Below, piece by piece: positions 28,889 to 38,045 of a stretch of DNA of 64,000 nt (position 1 is the stretch's first letter; each line of letters opens with the position of its first letter). Source of the stretch: Bryobacterales bacterium (GTDB lineage: Bacteria > Acidobacteriota > Terriglobia > Bryobacterales > UBA6623); assembly GCA_965203925.1 (NCBI GenBank), contig OZ241924.1:906559-970558 (forward strand), read 5' to 3'. The notes beneath the pieces are model-generated. The model worked only from the letters and a program-made list of their open reading frames with translations, was not told the origin of the DNA and made no database searches. The position numbers were made by a program, and so were the translations under genes.

Positions 28889-30160
28889 CTACAGCCCGCG
28901 CTCCGTGTCGTAGCTGAGGGTGGCAATGACGTCGTCCGCCGTGATAGCCCCCTGCAAGCGGCCTTGGACGTCCACCACTGGCAGCGTGTAGAGGTTGTAC
29001 TTGTCGAAGAGCTCGACGACCTCGTCCGCCCGCGCGTCCATCGCGACCCGCACGGTCTTCCGGTAGGCCAGCGACAGGGCCGCCGCGTCCGGCCGGGCGA
29101 CTGCTAAGCGGCCGAACGGGATCGTCGACACCAACCGTCCGCCGTCATCGAGCAGGAACACGTGCGTCAGTCGCTTCAACAGTGAGTCACGTCCGCGCAG
29201 GCGCCTGACAATCTCCCCACAGGTGGCGTCGGCGGGCTGCGCCAAGAAACGGGCCCCCATCATTCCCGCAGCGGTGTCGTCCTGGTAGCCGAGCATGCCC
29301 GCCACCTCGACGGCCGGCTCGCTCTCCATGTCCTCGACGATGCCCGCCCGCTCGGTCTCGCCCAGTCCGGCCAGAGCGGTAGCAGCCTCAGCCGGGTCCA
29401 TCTCCTCAAGAATGTCGGCAGCCCGCTCACTGTCGAGGGAGCGCAGGATTGCGGACCGCACCACCGGGCGCACCTCCTCCAGCGTCTCGGCGGCGAACTC
29501 TTCCTCAAGCGTCTCGAAGACGGCCTCGCGTTCCTCGGAACCCAAGTCCTCCACGATGTCGGCCAGATCTGCCGGGTGCAGCGCCTCGAGACTGTCCAGC
29601 GAGATCAGCAGCCGCAGGCGACGCTGGGGGTCGGGCTCGACAATGTTGCAGGCCTCCCAAGGGATCGAATTGGGCGGCAGGCGCTCCTGAATGGCGCGGA
29701 TCGTGGCATTCGGCAGCAGGCCTTCCGTGAGCCTGCGGAAGGCCCCCTGCAGTCCCACCCCCACCTCATGCACCCACAGCTGCGAAACGCCGTTTCCGAC
29801 CACGCGCAATGCCACGTCGTTGACGCGGACGACCTTGCGGCCATTGACGTCGATGATCTGCTGGTCAAGCAGGTCCTTGGTCAGCAGCAGGTGGTAGTCG
29901 TCCCCGTAGTAGGGGCTGAAGCTCTCGCTGGTGAGGTGGATGCCTTGCTCGTCAAAGCCCAAGACCTGGTCCCATCGGACAGAGAATCTAGTCCGGGCAC
30001 GTCCGAACAGGAAACGGGAGATCCGTCGCGGGTGCTCTCTAGGAAAGACGGCGGCTTCGCGCACCCGCCCGATGCGCGTGCCGCGCGGCCCGATCAGCCG
30101 CATTCCCGTGAGTTCGGTCAGGTAGACCAGACTCGGGGTGTCTGTCCGAGTGCTCTCCAT
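28889..30160 (-). CDS. soluble PRC-barrel + MgtE N-domain + CBS-pair protein (MgtE cytosolic module without a membrane domain)
   Basis: N-terminal PRC-like LTGMRLIGPRGTRIGRVREAAV. Acidic MgtE_N helices LHPADLADIVEDLGSEEREAVFETLEEE...AADILEEMDPAEAATAL. C-terminal CBS pair (...YTLPVVDVQGRLQGAITADDVI). No TM segments. The stop lies 3 nt before the Nramp start. Confidence 0.75.
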   Translation of the reverse strand: MESTRTDTPSLVYLTELTGMRLIGPRGTRIGRVREAAVFPREHPRRISRFLFGRARTRFSVRWDQVLGFDEQGIHLTSESFSPYYGDDYHLLLTKDLLDQQIIDVNGRKVVRVNDVALRVVGNGVSQLWVHEVGVGLQGAFRRLTEGLLPNATIRAIQERLPPNSIPWEACNIVEPDPQRRLRLLISLDSLEALHPADLADIVEDLGSEEREAVFETLEEEFAAETLEEVRPVVRSAILRSLDSERAADILEEMDPAEAATALAGLGETERAGIVEDMESEPAVEVAGMLGYQDDTAAGMMGARFLAQPADATCGEIVRRLRGRDSLLKRLTHVFLLDDGGRLVSTIPFGRLAVARPDAAALSLAYRKTVRVAMDARADEVVELFDKYNLYTLPVVDVQGRLQGAITADDVIATLSYDTERGL

Positions 30161-30246
30161 GGCTGGATGGCCGGGGCATGGGAGCAGACAAGCCTGCGCC
30201 CGCGCCTAGCGGCGGCAATGCGTTCGCGACACAACTACCAGGGTCG

Positions 30247-31566
30247 TCAATCATCGTTGACGCAGGATCCTCCCTGCCAACCATGATGCCCCAATGGCAG
30301 GACGGGCGCAAGACTGAGGGGTGCGCCTCCCTCTTGGAAGGCCTCTATGCGCAGAAGGCGGTTGTACTTCGCCAGTCGCTCCGAGCGCGTGACGGACCCG
30401 ACCTTGATGTGGCCGGCGCCGCTGGCAACGGCCAGATCCGCGAGGAACGAGTCCTCGGTCTCGCCGGAGCGCGCGGACACCACTGCGCCGAATCCCGCTG
30501 CCCGCGCGCAGTCCACCACATGAAACGTCTCCGCCAGCGTCCCCGCTTGGTTCATCTTCACCAAGACCGCAGTGGCGGCTCGCTCGCGAATGGCCCGCTC
30601 CAGCCTAGACTGCGAGGTCGCCAACAGGTCGTCCCCGATCAGCGTGCAGCGACCCCCCAAGACGGCGCACGCCTTCGCCCACCCTTCCCACTCGTCCTCA
30701 GCCAGAGGATCCTCGATGGCAACGACGGGATAGCGGTCCAGCCAGCGGCTGTACATCTCGATCATTTCCTCCCGAGCCAAGCTCCGTCCCTCGCTGGCGA
30801 GCTCGTAGCGGCCGTTGCGGAAGAAGTGCGTCGCCGCGGCGTCAATCGCGATCGAGACCTGGCGGCCCGGCTCGTAGCCAGCAGCGACAATCGCACGCTC
30901 CATGTACTCCAGGGCCTGCTCGTTGGATTCCAGGCGGGGCCCCCAGCCGCCCTCATCGGCCACTCCGGCCGGGGCATGACCGTCACGCTCAAGGAGCTCC
31001 TGCATCCGGCGGTGGATTCCGGCCGCGGCCCGCATGGCCTCAGCGAACGACCCGCAACCGTGGGGTACGGCCAAGAAGTCCTGCAACTCGACCTGTTCCC
31101 CGGCGTGCAGTCCTCCCGAAAGGATGTTGACCATCGGGAGCGGGATCTTGGCGGGACGCCCACCAGCCAGCAGACACCAGAGCGGGACTCCCTCGGCCTT
31201 GGCGTGGAGGCGGGCAAGGGCGCAGGACACGGCAAGGATCGCGTTGGCCCCCAGGCTCGACTTGTCAGGCGTGCCGTCAAGCTCGACCATCCGCCGGTCG
31301 GCCCGCTCGCGCTCGTGGACAGGGATTCCGCGCAGCGCACGGGCAATGGGGCCGTTGACATTGGCGATGGCCGAGAGCACGCCGCGCCCGTCGTAGGCGC
31401 GAGCATCGCCGTCACGGAGCTCAACGGCCTCGTGCCGGCCGGTCGACGCTCCGGACGGCACCTGGGCAGCAGCGCGGGTGCCATCCTCCAGGATCGCCTC
31501 GGCCTCGACGGTAGGACTGCCCCGGGAATCGAGCACCTGCAGCGCGCGGATCGCGCGAATGCGCAT
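30247..31566 (-). CDS. enolase-family protein (phosphopyruvate hydratase-like, with two non-canonical active-site residues)
   Basis: MRIRAIRALQVLDSRGSPTVEAE..., PSGASTGRHEA, ADEGGWGP, IEDP, IGDDL, VKMNQAGT, SGETED and KYNRLLRIE are all enolase signatures. It deviates in reading LQDFL where the canonical motif is LQEFM, and SARSGETED where the canonical motif is SHRSGETED. Confidence 0.8.
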   Translation of the reverse strand: MRIRAIRALQVLDSRGSPTVEAEAILEDGTRAAAQVPSGASTGRHEAVELRDGDARAYDGRGVLSAIANVNGPIARALRGIPVHERERADRRMVELDGTPDKSSLGANAILAVSCALARLHAKAEGVPLWCLLAGGRPAKIPLPMVNILSGGLHAGEQVELQDFLAVPHGCGSFAEAMRAAAGIHRRMQELLERDGHAPAGVADEGGWGPRLESNEQALEYMERAIVAAGYEPGRQVSIAIDAAATHFFRNGRYELASEGRSLAREEMIEMYSRWLDRYPVVAIEDPLAEDEWEGWAKACAVLGGRCTLIGDDLLATSQSRLERAIRERAATAVLVKMNQAGTLAETFHVVDCARAAGFGAVVSARSGETEDSFLADLAVASGAGHIKVGSVTRSERLAKYNRLLRIEAFQEGGAPLSLAPVLPLGHHGWQGGSCVNDD

Positions 31567-31647
31567 GCCTGCCCCGGCCATCCCTGCCGCCCACGGGGCC
31601 GGCACACTGCCCAATGCCGGCCCGTTCCCTTAGTATGAGAGCAAGCT

Positions 31648-32895
31648 ATGCAGGACACCAAACCATCGAGCTTGAGCCGCAGGACGTTCATCGCCGGGGC
31701 CGCAGCCGCCGGCGCCGCGAAGCCAGTGCTTACGGCCAAGAGCTCCGCGCGCATCGTCGGCGCCAACGACCGGCTGCACGTCGGCGTGATCGGAGCCGGC
31801 GGCAACGCCAACGGGCACATGCGCGCCCTCAAGCGGCTGGCCGGGCCGGACAACGTCGAGATCACTTCCGTCTGCGACATCTACGACCCGCGCCGGGAGG
31901 CGGCCGCGGAGTTCACCGGAGGGGAGCCGTACAAGGACTATCGACGGCTCTTGGAGCGCCCCGAACTGGACTACGTCACGATCTCTGTGCCCGAGCACTG
32001 GCACGCCCGGATGACGCTCGACGCGGCTGACGAAGGCCTGCACGTGTATGTGGAAAAGCCGCTGACCTACTCGATCGACGAGGGCTTGGCGGTCGTCAAG
32101 AGGGTTCGCGAGACCGGGATCACGCTGCAGTGCGGGATCCAGGGAATGTCGGACGACTCGTACGAGACGGCGGCGGGGCTGATCAAGGATGGAGCAATCG
32201 GCACTGTGGTGATGGCGCACATCGACTACTCGCGGAACCACCGCGAGGAGTTCTGGCTGCGGGAGCCGGACCCGGACGCCAAGCCCGGGGTAAACCTGGA
32301 CTGGAGCGCGTACCTCGGCAAGGCGCGCAAGCGCCCGTGGGATCCCGACCGGTTCTTCTCGTGGCGCCGCTACTGGGACTACTCCGGCGGGATCGCAACC
32401 GACCTGTTCGTGCACCGCCTGGCCCGGATCGTACGCGCCTGCAGCCTCAGCGCGCCTTCGCGCGTGGTGGCCACCGGAGGAAACTACTTCTTCCGCGACG
32501 GAGCCGAGGTGCCCGACACGTTCAACGCGCTGCTGGAGTACCCGGAGGGCATGAACGTCCTGCTCGTGTCCACGATGGCGAACCAGACCAAGATCCGCCA
32601 TGTCATCCGGGGCAAGAAGGGCACGATCGAGTTCAGCAGGGACGGCTTCCACATTGAGCCCGAAGCCATGCACGAGGGCGAGGTCCAGCCCCACATCCAC
32701 AAGAAGGGCGGCCGGGAGGACATGGCCCTGCACCACCACAACCTGCACAACGCTATCCGCGGCGGCGAGCCGCTCAAGTGCGACGCGCAGTTCGCATTCA
32801 ACGTCTCCATGGCGTGCCAATTGGCGGTCGAGTCGTTCCGCCGCAGGAAGTCCCTGGGCTGGGACGCCCGCAGGCAGCGGATCGTCAAGACCTGA
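31648..32895 (+). CDS. Gfo/Idh/MocA-family oxidoreductase with Tat signal
   Basis: Twin-arginine leader SRRTFIAGAAAAGAA. Rossmann LHVGVIGAGGNANGH. EKP motif in VYVEKPLT. Confidence 0.8.
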   Translation: MQDTKPSSLSRRTFIAGAAAAGAAKPVLTAKSSARIVGANDRLHVGVIGAGGNANGHMRALKRLAGPDNVEITSVCDIYDPRREAAAEFTGGEPYKDYRRLLERPELDYVTISVPEHWHARMTLDAADEGLHVYVEKPLTYSIDEGLAVVKRVRETGITLQCGIQGMSDDSYETAAGLIKDGAIGTVVMAHIDYSRNHREEFWLREPDPDAKPGVNLDWSAYLGKARKRPWDPDRFFSWRRYWDYSGGIATDLFVHRLARIVRACSLSAPSRVVATGGNYFFRDGAEVPDTFNALLEYPEGMNVLLVSTMANQTKIRHVIRGKKGTIEFSRDGFHIEPEAMHEGEVQPHIHKKGGREDMALHHHNLHNAIRGGEPLKCDAQFAFNVSMACQLAVESFRRRKSLGWDARRQRIVKT

Positions 32896-32935
32896 GCGGA
32901 TCCTTTCTGCCAGCCTGCCGCTGGACGGGGGCGGG

Positions 32936-34132
32936 TCAGGCCCGCGTCCAGCGCACGACGGCGTCTGGCCGCCGCGCCACGCCCGGCTGCAGGTCGATTC
33001 CAAGGCCCGGGGCGTCGGTGGCACGAATCGCGCCGTGCGTGATCGGCGGCAGTTCCGTGGCCAGATCCTGATACCAGCCGTAGTAGAACGCCCGGACCGT
33101 CTCCTGGACAAGGGCATTCGGCGCGTGCATCGACAGGTGGGTAGAGGCCGCGAGCACGACGGGGCCCGTGCAGTCGTGCGGCGCAATCGGCAGCTTCCAA
33201 GCATCGGCCATAGCCGCGACGGCCCTGGCTTCTGTCAGCCCGCCGCACCAGCCAAGGTCGAGCATCACGATTCCCACGGCGCCCGTCTCGAGTAGGTCGC
33301 GGAAAGCCGCCCTGCCGCCCAAGGTCTCCGAGGCGCACACCGGAGCGAGGCTTCGCTCGGCGTAGAGCTTCAGGCTCTCCAAGCTGTCCATGCGGATCGG
33401 GTCCTCGTGCCAAAACGTCCCGTACGGCTCGAGCGCCCGCGCAATGCGGATAGCCGCCGGCAGGTTCCAGAGCGAGTGGAATTCGACCATGATGTCCATT
33501 CGGTCCCCTACCGCGCCGCGGATCGCCTCGAACGGGCCGAGCGCCTTCCTGAGGTCACCGGGCGAGATGTAGAGGCCCGCCGAAGCCTCGGCGTAGGGAT
33601 CGAACGGCCAGATCTTCATTGCGGTGACGCCCTGCTCGAGAAGGCTGTGGGCCAGATCCCCTGCGCGGTGCAGGAACGCGTCCAGATCCTCATACGGAAG
33701 CTCGGGCGCTTCCGGCAGGCCCCAGTTGGCCACCGCTTGGCCCGGTGCGCGAATGTACCGGTAGCCCGCGCAAGTGTTGTAGACCCGCACACTCCGCCGG
33801 AATGCCCCGCCCAGCAGCTGGTACACGGGCTGCCCCGTCGCCTTCCCCCACAAGTCCCAGAGCGCAAGGTCGATGGCGGAGTTGCCGCGCATTTCCGCGC
33901 CGGTTGAGCGAAAGCCGAGGTACCCGACCAACCTGCGGGCGATCCGCTCGATCTCCCGAGGGTCCTCGCCCAAGAGCTGGGGAGCGGCGACGTCGTGCAG
34001 GTAGGCCTCGACGACAGAGGCTCCCATGAAGGTCTCCCCAAGGCCGACGAGGGCCTCGTCGGAGTGCACGCGGACCCAGAGCAGGTTGGGGAATTCCCCG
34101 AGGCGGATCGTCTCGAGTGCGCGGATCTTCAT
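32936..34132 (-). CDS. mandelate racemase/muconate lactonizing enzyme family (enolase-superfamily acid-sugar dehydratase-like)
   Basis: MKIRALETIRLGEFPNLLWVRVHSDEALVGLGETF N-terminal capping domain, plus WHEDP and a barrel-domain metal-ligand pattern. Confidence 0.75.
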   Translation of the reverse strand: MKIRALETIRLGEFPNLLWVRVHSDEALVGLGETFMGASVVEAYLHDVAAPQLLGEDPREIERIARRLVGYLGFRSTGAEMRGNSAIDLALWDLWGKATGQPVYQLLGGAFRRSVRVYNTCAGYRYIRAPGQAVANWGLPEAPELPYEDLDAFLHRAGDLAHSLLEQGVTAMKIWPFDPYAEASAGLYISPGDLRKALGPFEAIRGAVGDRMDIMVEFHSLWNLPAAIRIARALEPYGTFWHEDPIRMDSLESLKLYAERSLAPVCASETLGGRAAFRDLLETGAVGIVMLDLGWCGGLTEARAVAAMADAWKLPIAPHDCTGPVVLAASTHLSMHAPNALVQETVRAFYYGWYQDLATELPPITHGAIRATDAPGLGIDLQPGVARRPDAVVRWTRA

Positions 34133-34298
34133 GCAGGATCGGAACTCCCGCCAGCTTGGTCAACGGCTTCACCGGAGGGTCGCCCCTAGACGCACGCACG
34201 ATACCAGAATGGCCCAAGCGCCCACCCGCGGGAGTCCCCAAGGACCGGACCTAAATCCCATCGCGGCTCCCGCCGCGACTTGCTAGACTGAACAGACG

Positions 34299-34721
34299 GT
34301 GAAGAACAGCGACGCGTCATCGGCCGTTCCTAGGGTCAGGCCCGTACCAGAAGCTCGACGGCCTTCGAGGCAGTCCTCAGATGCCGGAGGCGGCTGCCGC
34401 CTGGGCTCGCGCTGCCGGCTTTCCGGCAATCTGGTCTCCAAGGAATCCATCGAGATCGAGGGCAGGTTCGAGGGAGATCTCAAGGCGGATGGCCAGCATG
34501 TCGTCGTTGGCGAGACGGCGCGGGTGGAAGCAACCATCGAAGCGGCCTCGGTGGCGGTGAAGGGCTACATGCGCGGCACGGTGGTCGGGCGGAAAAGGGC
34601 TTCGCTGGCCAGGACGGCGAACATGGTCGGAAAGCTGGCAACAGTGGAGATCCGAGTCGAAGAAGGGGCCATCTTCCGCGGCCAAGTGGACTACTTGGGG
34701 CCGTCGATGAACGAAGGATGA
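34299..34721 (+). CDS. bactofilin-family polymer-forming protein
   Basis: Beta-helical repeats IEIEGRFEGDLKADGQHVVVGETARVEATIEAASVAVKGYMRGTVVGRKRASLARTANMVGKLATVEIRVEEGAIFRGQV, typical of DUF583/bactofilin. GTG start. Confidence 0.75.
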   Translation: MKNSDASSAVPRVRPVPEARRPSRQSSDAGGGCRLGSRCRLSGNLVSKESIEIEGRFEGDLKADGQHVVVGETARVEATIEAASVAVKGYMRGTVVGRKRASLARTANMVGKLATVEIRVEEGAIFRGQVDYLGPSMNEG

Positions 34722-34722
34722 G

Positions 34723-35337
34723 TCAGCGCCCGGGCGACCGGCGAGCCTCGACGAACTTCAGCACGTCCAAGTAGCAGTTCTGAACGTTCACGATCTCAAA
34801 GCCCGCGCGTTCCGCGGTGTCCACCGTCGGGCGGTTCATGGCGGGCCCGAAGCGGGCGGTGACTGCCGTGCAGGCGTGCAGCATCGCATTCAGGGGCGCC
34901 AGCGAGCTGGCTGTGTGCTCGAACATGCGCAGCAAGCCTCCTGGCCGAAGCACGCGCTTCAGTTCGGACAGACCGGCGAGGGGATCGGACACTGAGCAGA
35001 ACGTGCAGGACGTGTACGCCTGATCGAAGCACCCGTCGCGAAAAGCCAGATTGCAGACGTCCATCTGGTGAAGGGCGAGCGTGCCTCCATATCCGCGGGC
35101 ACGCACGGCCGCCTTGGACAGCATCCGCTCGCTGACATCAAGGGCCGCGATTGTCCGCCCAGGCGGGAAGAACTGGAAGTCGAGTCCCGTGCCAGTGGAC
35201 AGGAACAGCACGCGCCCCGCCATGCCCCGGAAGGCTTCCCGCTTGAAGGCGGCCCAGCGCCGCTCGGAGGCCCGTGCGGCTAAGGAATCGTAGGCTGTCG
35301 CAGCACGGTTCCACTTGGCGCGGTCGCTCAGGGGCAT
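34723..35337 (-). CDS. class I SAM-dependent methyltransferase (Methyltransf_11-like)
   Basis: VLFLSTGTGLDF (motif I), ALDVSERML, and LKRVLRPGGLLRMFEH (motif post-II/III). Confidence 0.75.
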   Translation of the reverse strand: MPLSDRAKWNRAATAYDSLAARASERRWAAFKREAFRGMAGRVLFLSTGTGLDFQFFPPGRTIAALDVSERMLSKAAVRARGYGGTLALHQMDVCNLAFRDGCFDQAYTSCTFCSVSDPLAGLSELKRVLRPGGLLRMFEHTASSLAPLNAMLHACTAVTARFGPAMNRPTVDTAERAGFEIVNVQNCYLDVLKFVEARRSPGR

Positions 35338-35714
35338 TTGGCCGAGCCTCTGCTGAGCACCCGATCCAGCAGCGCCAGACCCAGGCCTACAGCGCAGCCG
35401 AGGGCCGCTCCGAGGGCCGCCCGCGAGAGCGAAGGCCCGCCCGCCATGGCGCCGGCCATTCCCGCTAGCATGCCAGTGGCCATGATCTGCAGCATCGGCT
35501 CAAGCACGCCGAGGAACGCTGAGGCCACAACCCAGCACGGCAGCGAAAGGATCATCCCTGAGAGCATTCCCAAGGGCATTGCGGCCCAGCCCGGCCAAGC
35601 CTGGGGAATAAAGGCTCCGGTGATGACAGCCACGGCACTGCCGGACGCCGCGCAGGCGGCCAGATCGCCCGCCAAGTAGCGGACCCGCGCGGCGAGCGGC
35701 TGCGCTCGGCCCAA
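35328..35714 (-). CDS. small Gly/Ala-rich integral membrane protein, start uncertain
   Basis: Hydrophobic stretches AVAVITGAFIP..., MLSGMILSLPCWVVASAFLGVLEPMLQIMATGMLAGMAGAMAGG. The upstream part of the 177-aa ORF overlaps trpF, so a TTG/other start near 35714-35675 is assumed. Confidence 0.3.
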   Translation of the reverse strand: MGRAQPLAARVRYLAGDLAACAASGSAVAVITGAFIPQAWPGWAAMPLGMLSGMILSLPCWVVASAFLGVLEPMLQIMATGMLAGMAGAMAGGPSLSRAALGAALGCAVGLGLALLDRVLSRGSAKCP

Positions 35715-35721
35715 TGCCGCC

Positions 35722-36357
35722 TCAGCTGACGGCTGCAAGGTAGCGCTCCACCCTCTCGGGATCCTTGCGGCCGGGGCACGCCTCCAAGCGAGAACTGGCA
35801 TCGACGCCCCAAGGCGCGACCGCTCGAACGGCTTCGGCGGCGTTTGAGCCATCCAAGCCACCCGCGAGGATCACTCTCCCGAATGCCGCTGCCGGAACGG
35901 CCCGGTGCCACGCGAACGGCTGCCCGGTCCCGCCATAGGCGCCGTCGTGCGCCGTGTCGAGCAGGAATGCGTCCGCCGAGTACACGGCCATGTCCCTCGG
36001 GTCGAACCCGGGACCCACTCGAAACGCTTTCCAGAGCAAGGCCTCCCCGACGGCACGCTGAACCTCGCGGCATTCCGCCGGCGTTTCGTCCCCGTGGAGC
36101 TGGACGGCGTCGAGCGGAACAGTTCGCACTGCCTCGGCGACGCGCTCGGCGGGCTCGTTGACGAAAACGCCGACCCTAAGGACACCAGCGGGGACGGCGG
36201 CAGCGATGTCCCGGGCGGTGCGGGTGTCCACGGACCGCGGGCTGGGCGGGTAGAAAACCATGCCGATCGCGTTCGCACCTGCCCTAGCCGCGTGGATGGC
36301 GTCCTCGGCTGAGGTGACGCCGCAGACCTTGCGCAAGGCAGGTAGCGTCGGTCTCAT
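35722..36357 (-). CDS. trpF: phosphoribosylanthranilate isomerase
   Basis: LRKVCGVTSAEDAIHAARAGANAIGMVFYPPSPRSV and VQLHGDE motifs. Start trimmed to ATG 36357. Confidence 0.85.
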   Translation of the reverse strand: MRPTLPALRKVCGVTSAEDAIHAARAGANAIGMVFYPPSPRSVDTRTARDIAAAVPAGVLRVGVFVNEPAERVAEAVRTVPLDAVQLHGDETPAECREVQRAVGEALLWKAFRVGPGFDPRDMAVYSADAFLLDTAHDGAYGGTGQPFAWHRAVPAAAFGRVILAGGLDGSNAAEAVRAVAPWGVDASSRLEACPGRKDPERVERYLAAVS

Positions 36358-36452
36358 CGCACTCAGCGTAACAGCGGGCGCCGACTGACCGGACCGCACG
36401 GCGCGCATCGGCCGGGTGCCCCTCTGGACGGACTTGGTCCTGCGGCCAGAAC

Positions 36453-38018
36453 TTATAGGCGCTCGCCAAGACGACTGGCAAGCGCGTCCGGCAGACCTCC
36501 GATACGCCCCAAGCTGGCCAGCCTCTCCAGATGCGCCAGCACTTGCCTGGCCGCGAGCGGGCGCGCGGCCGGATCGAGTTCGCCATAGACGTTGTCCAAC
36601 ATGGCCTCAGGTGCGCGCAAGCCGTTCGTCCAAGCCTGAAACACGAGTTCCTCACGCTGTGTGCGGTGCCGGATCGCCTCACGAATCGCCCTGGCCGCGT
36701 GGCGCAGCATGGTCCCGTGGCCGGGAAGGATCACTTTCGCCCCCACGCTCTCAAGGAGCTTCAGGGACGCCAAGTAGTCGGCCATGTTGCCGTCTGGCGG
36801 ATTGATGACCACGCTGCCGAACGCCGTCAGCATGTCCCCGCAAATTAGCGTCCGGCTGCCCTCTTCGAAGAAGCAGAGGTGTCCCCTTGCATGGCCCGGC
36901 GTGTGCAGGACACGGACCCCGAGTTCACGCGGACCCGCGAGGGTGACAAGCTCGCCTCCGCCGAAGCGCTTCTCGATATGAATCCCGGATCCGGCCAGAT
37001 GTGCGGCGGTGGATTCGTGCGCCCATATCGGGACGCCCCATTGGCGGCGCACTGCCTCGGCGCCAGCCACATGGTCGCCGTGATGGTGCGTCAGCCAGAT
37101 GCCCCGCAAGCGGCCTCGCGCGGCGCCCAGTTCGCGCTCCACGATCCGGTGCAGGGCGCGCAGGCCATCGGGACGGTCCGTGCCCGGATCGACGAGCACG
37201 AAGTCCCCTGTCCCCAGGAGCAACGCATTGGTGTGCGTCGCCGGCGGCAATGTCCGGGCCTTGAGGGGGATGACCCGGATTCCGGGGCGGAACTCGATGG
37301 GCCGCGGGCCATCGGGCTCATGGGCCTCCGAGCGCGAGAGCCGCACCCGGCCGGCGGGGCCGTCCGACGCCAGGACGCGAATGGTCTCCAAGGTTGGCTG
37401 CGCCAAGAACACGTCGCCGTCCTCCCATCGCCGGAGCGCACGGCAAGCGGGGATCCATTCGCCGGACTCTAGCTCCCCGGGAATCACGGACGGTTGCCGC
37501 GGCTCGCTCGGGGGCCACTCAAGGAGGAAGAACGTTGCGTCGAAGCGGATCGGCGAGAGGGGAGGTGTCACCCAGCGCCCCGCGAATGCCAGTCGGGAGA
37601 CGTCAAAGGCCAAATCTCGCGAACGCAGCCAGCCCGCCATGTCCAGCGATCCGGCCAAGAGTTCGCGACGGGCGGTCTCCACAACCGATGCGACGGGTAG
37701 AGTTCCGGCGACCGCCAAGATGCCTGACTCCTCGAACAGCTCCCGCAGAGCGCACGCCGGCAGGGCGGCGGGCCTCCCGGACGAGGCGTAGGCCTCGCTG
37801 CCTTCCGGCAGGCCGCTCGTGGGGACGTCCGCGTCCGCCCGCGAGAGGCGGCCTCCAAGGAATGCGTGCCATCCCCCCATGAAGCGCAGGGTCTCCGACC
37901 GCTTCACCCAGTACACCTCGCAATCGCCCGACGGCCCAAGCCTCCACGGAATCACTCCCGCCGACAGCAAGGGTGTCGGCGGGTGCTTGCCGGCCCCACG
38001 AGAATGCCTAGATTGCAA
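36453..38018 (-). CDS. NUDIX hydrolase / MBL-fold metallo-hydrolase fusion protein
   Basis: N-terminal Nudix-like GGWHAFLGGRL...CALRELFEESGI. C-terminal MBL fold with WLTHHHGDHVAGAE (HxHxDH) and a later HTPGHARGH. Confidence 0.75.
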   Translation of the reverse strand: MQSRHSRGAGKHPPTPLLSAGVIPWRLGPSGDCEVYWVKRSETLRFMGGWHAFLGGRLSRADADVPTSGLPEGSEAYASSGRPAALPACALRELFEESGILAVAGTLPVASVVETARRELLAGSLDMAGWLRSRDLAFDVSRLAFAGRWVTPPLSPIRFDATFFLLEWPPSEPRQPSVIPGELESGEWIPACRALRRWEDGDVFLAQPTLETIRVLASDGPAGRVRLSRSEAHEPDGPRPIEFRPGIRVIPLKARTLPPATHTNALLLGTGDFVLVDPGTDRPDGLRALHRIVERELGAARGRLRGIWLTHHHGDHVAGAEAVRRQWGVPIWAHESTAAHLAGSGIHIEKRFGGGELVTLAGPRELGVRVLHTPGHARGHLCFFEEGSRTLICGDMLTAFGSVVINPPDGNMADYLASLKLLESVGAKVILPGHGTMLRHAARAIREAIRHRTQREELVFQAWTNGLRAPEAMLDNVYGELDPAARPLAARQVLAHLERLASLGRIGGLPDALASRLGERL

Positions 38019-38045
38019 CGTCTGAGGTCCAGCAGGCGCGCCGCG

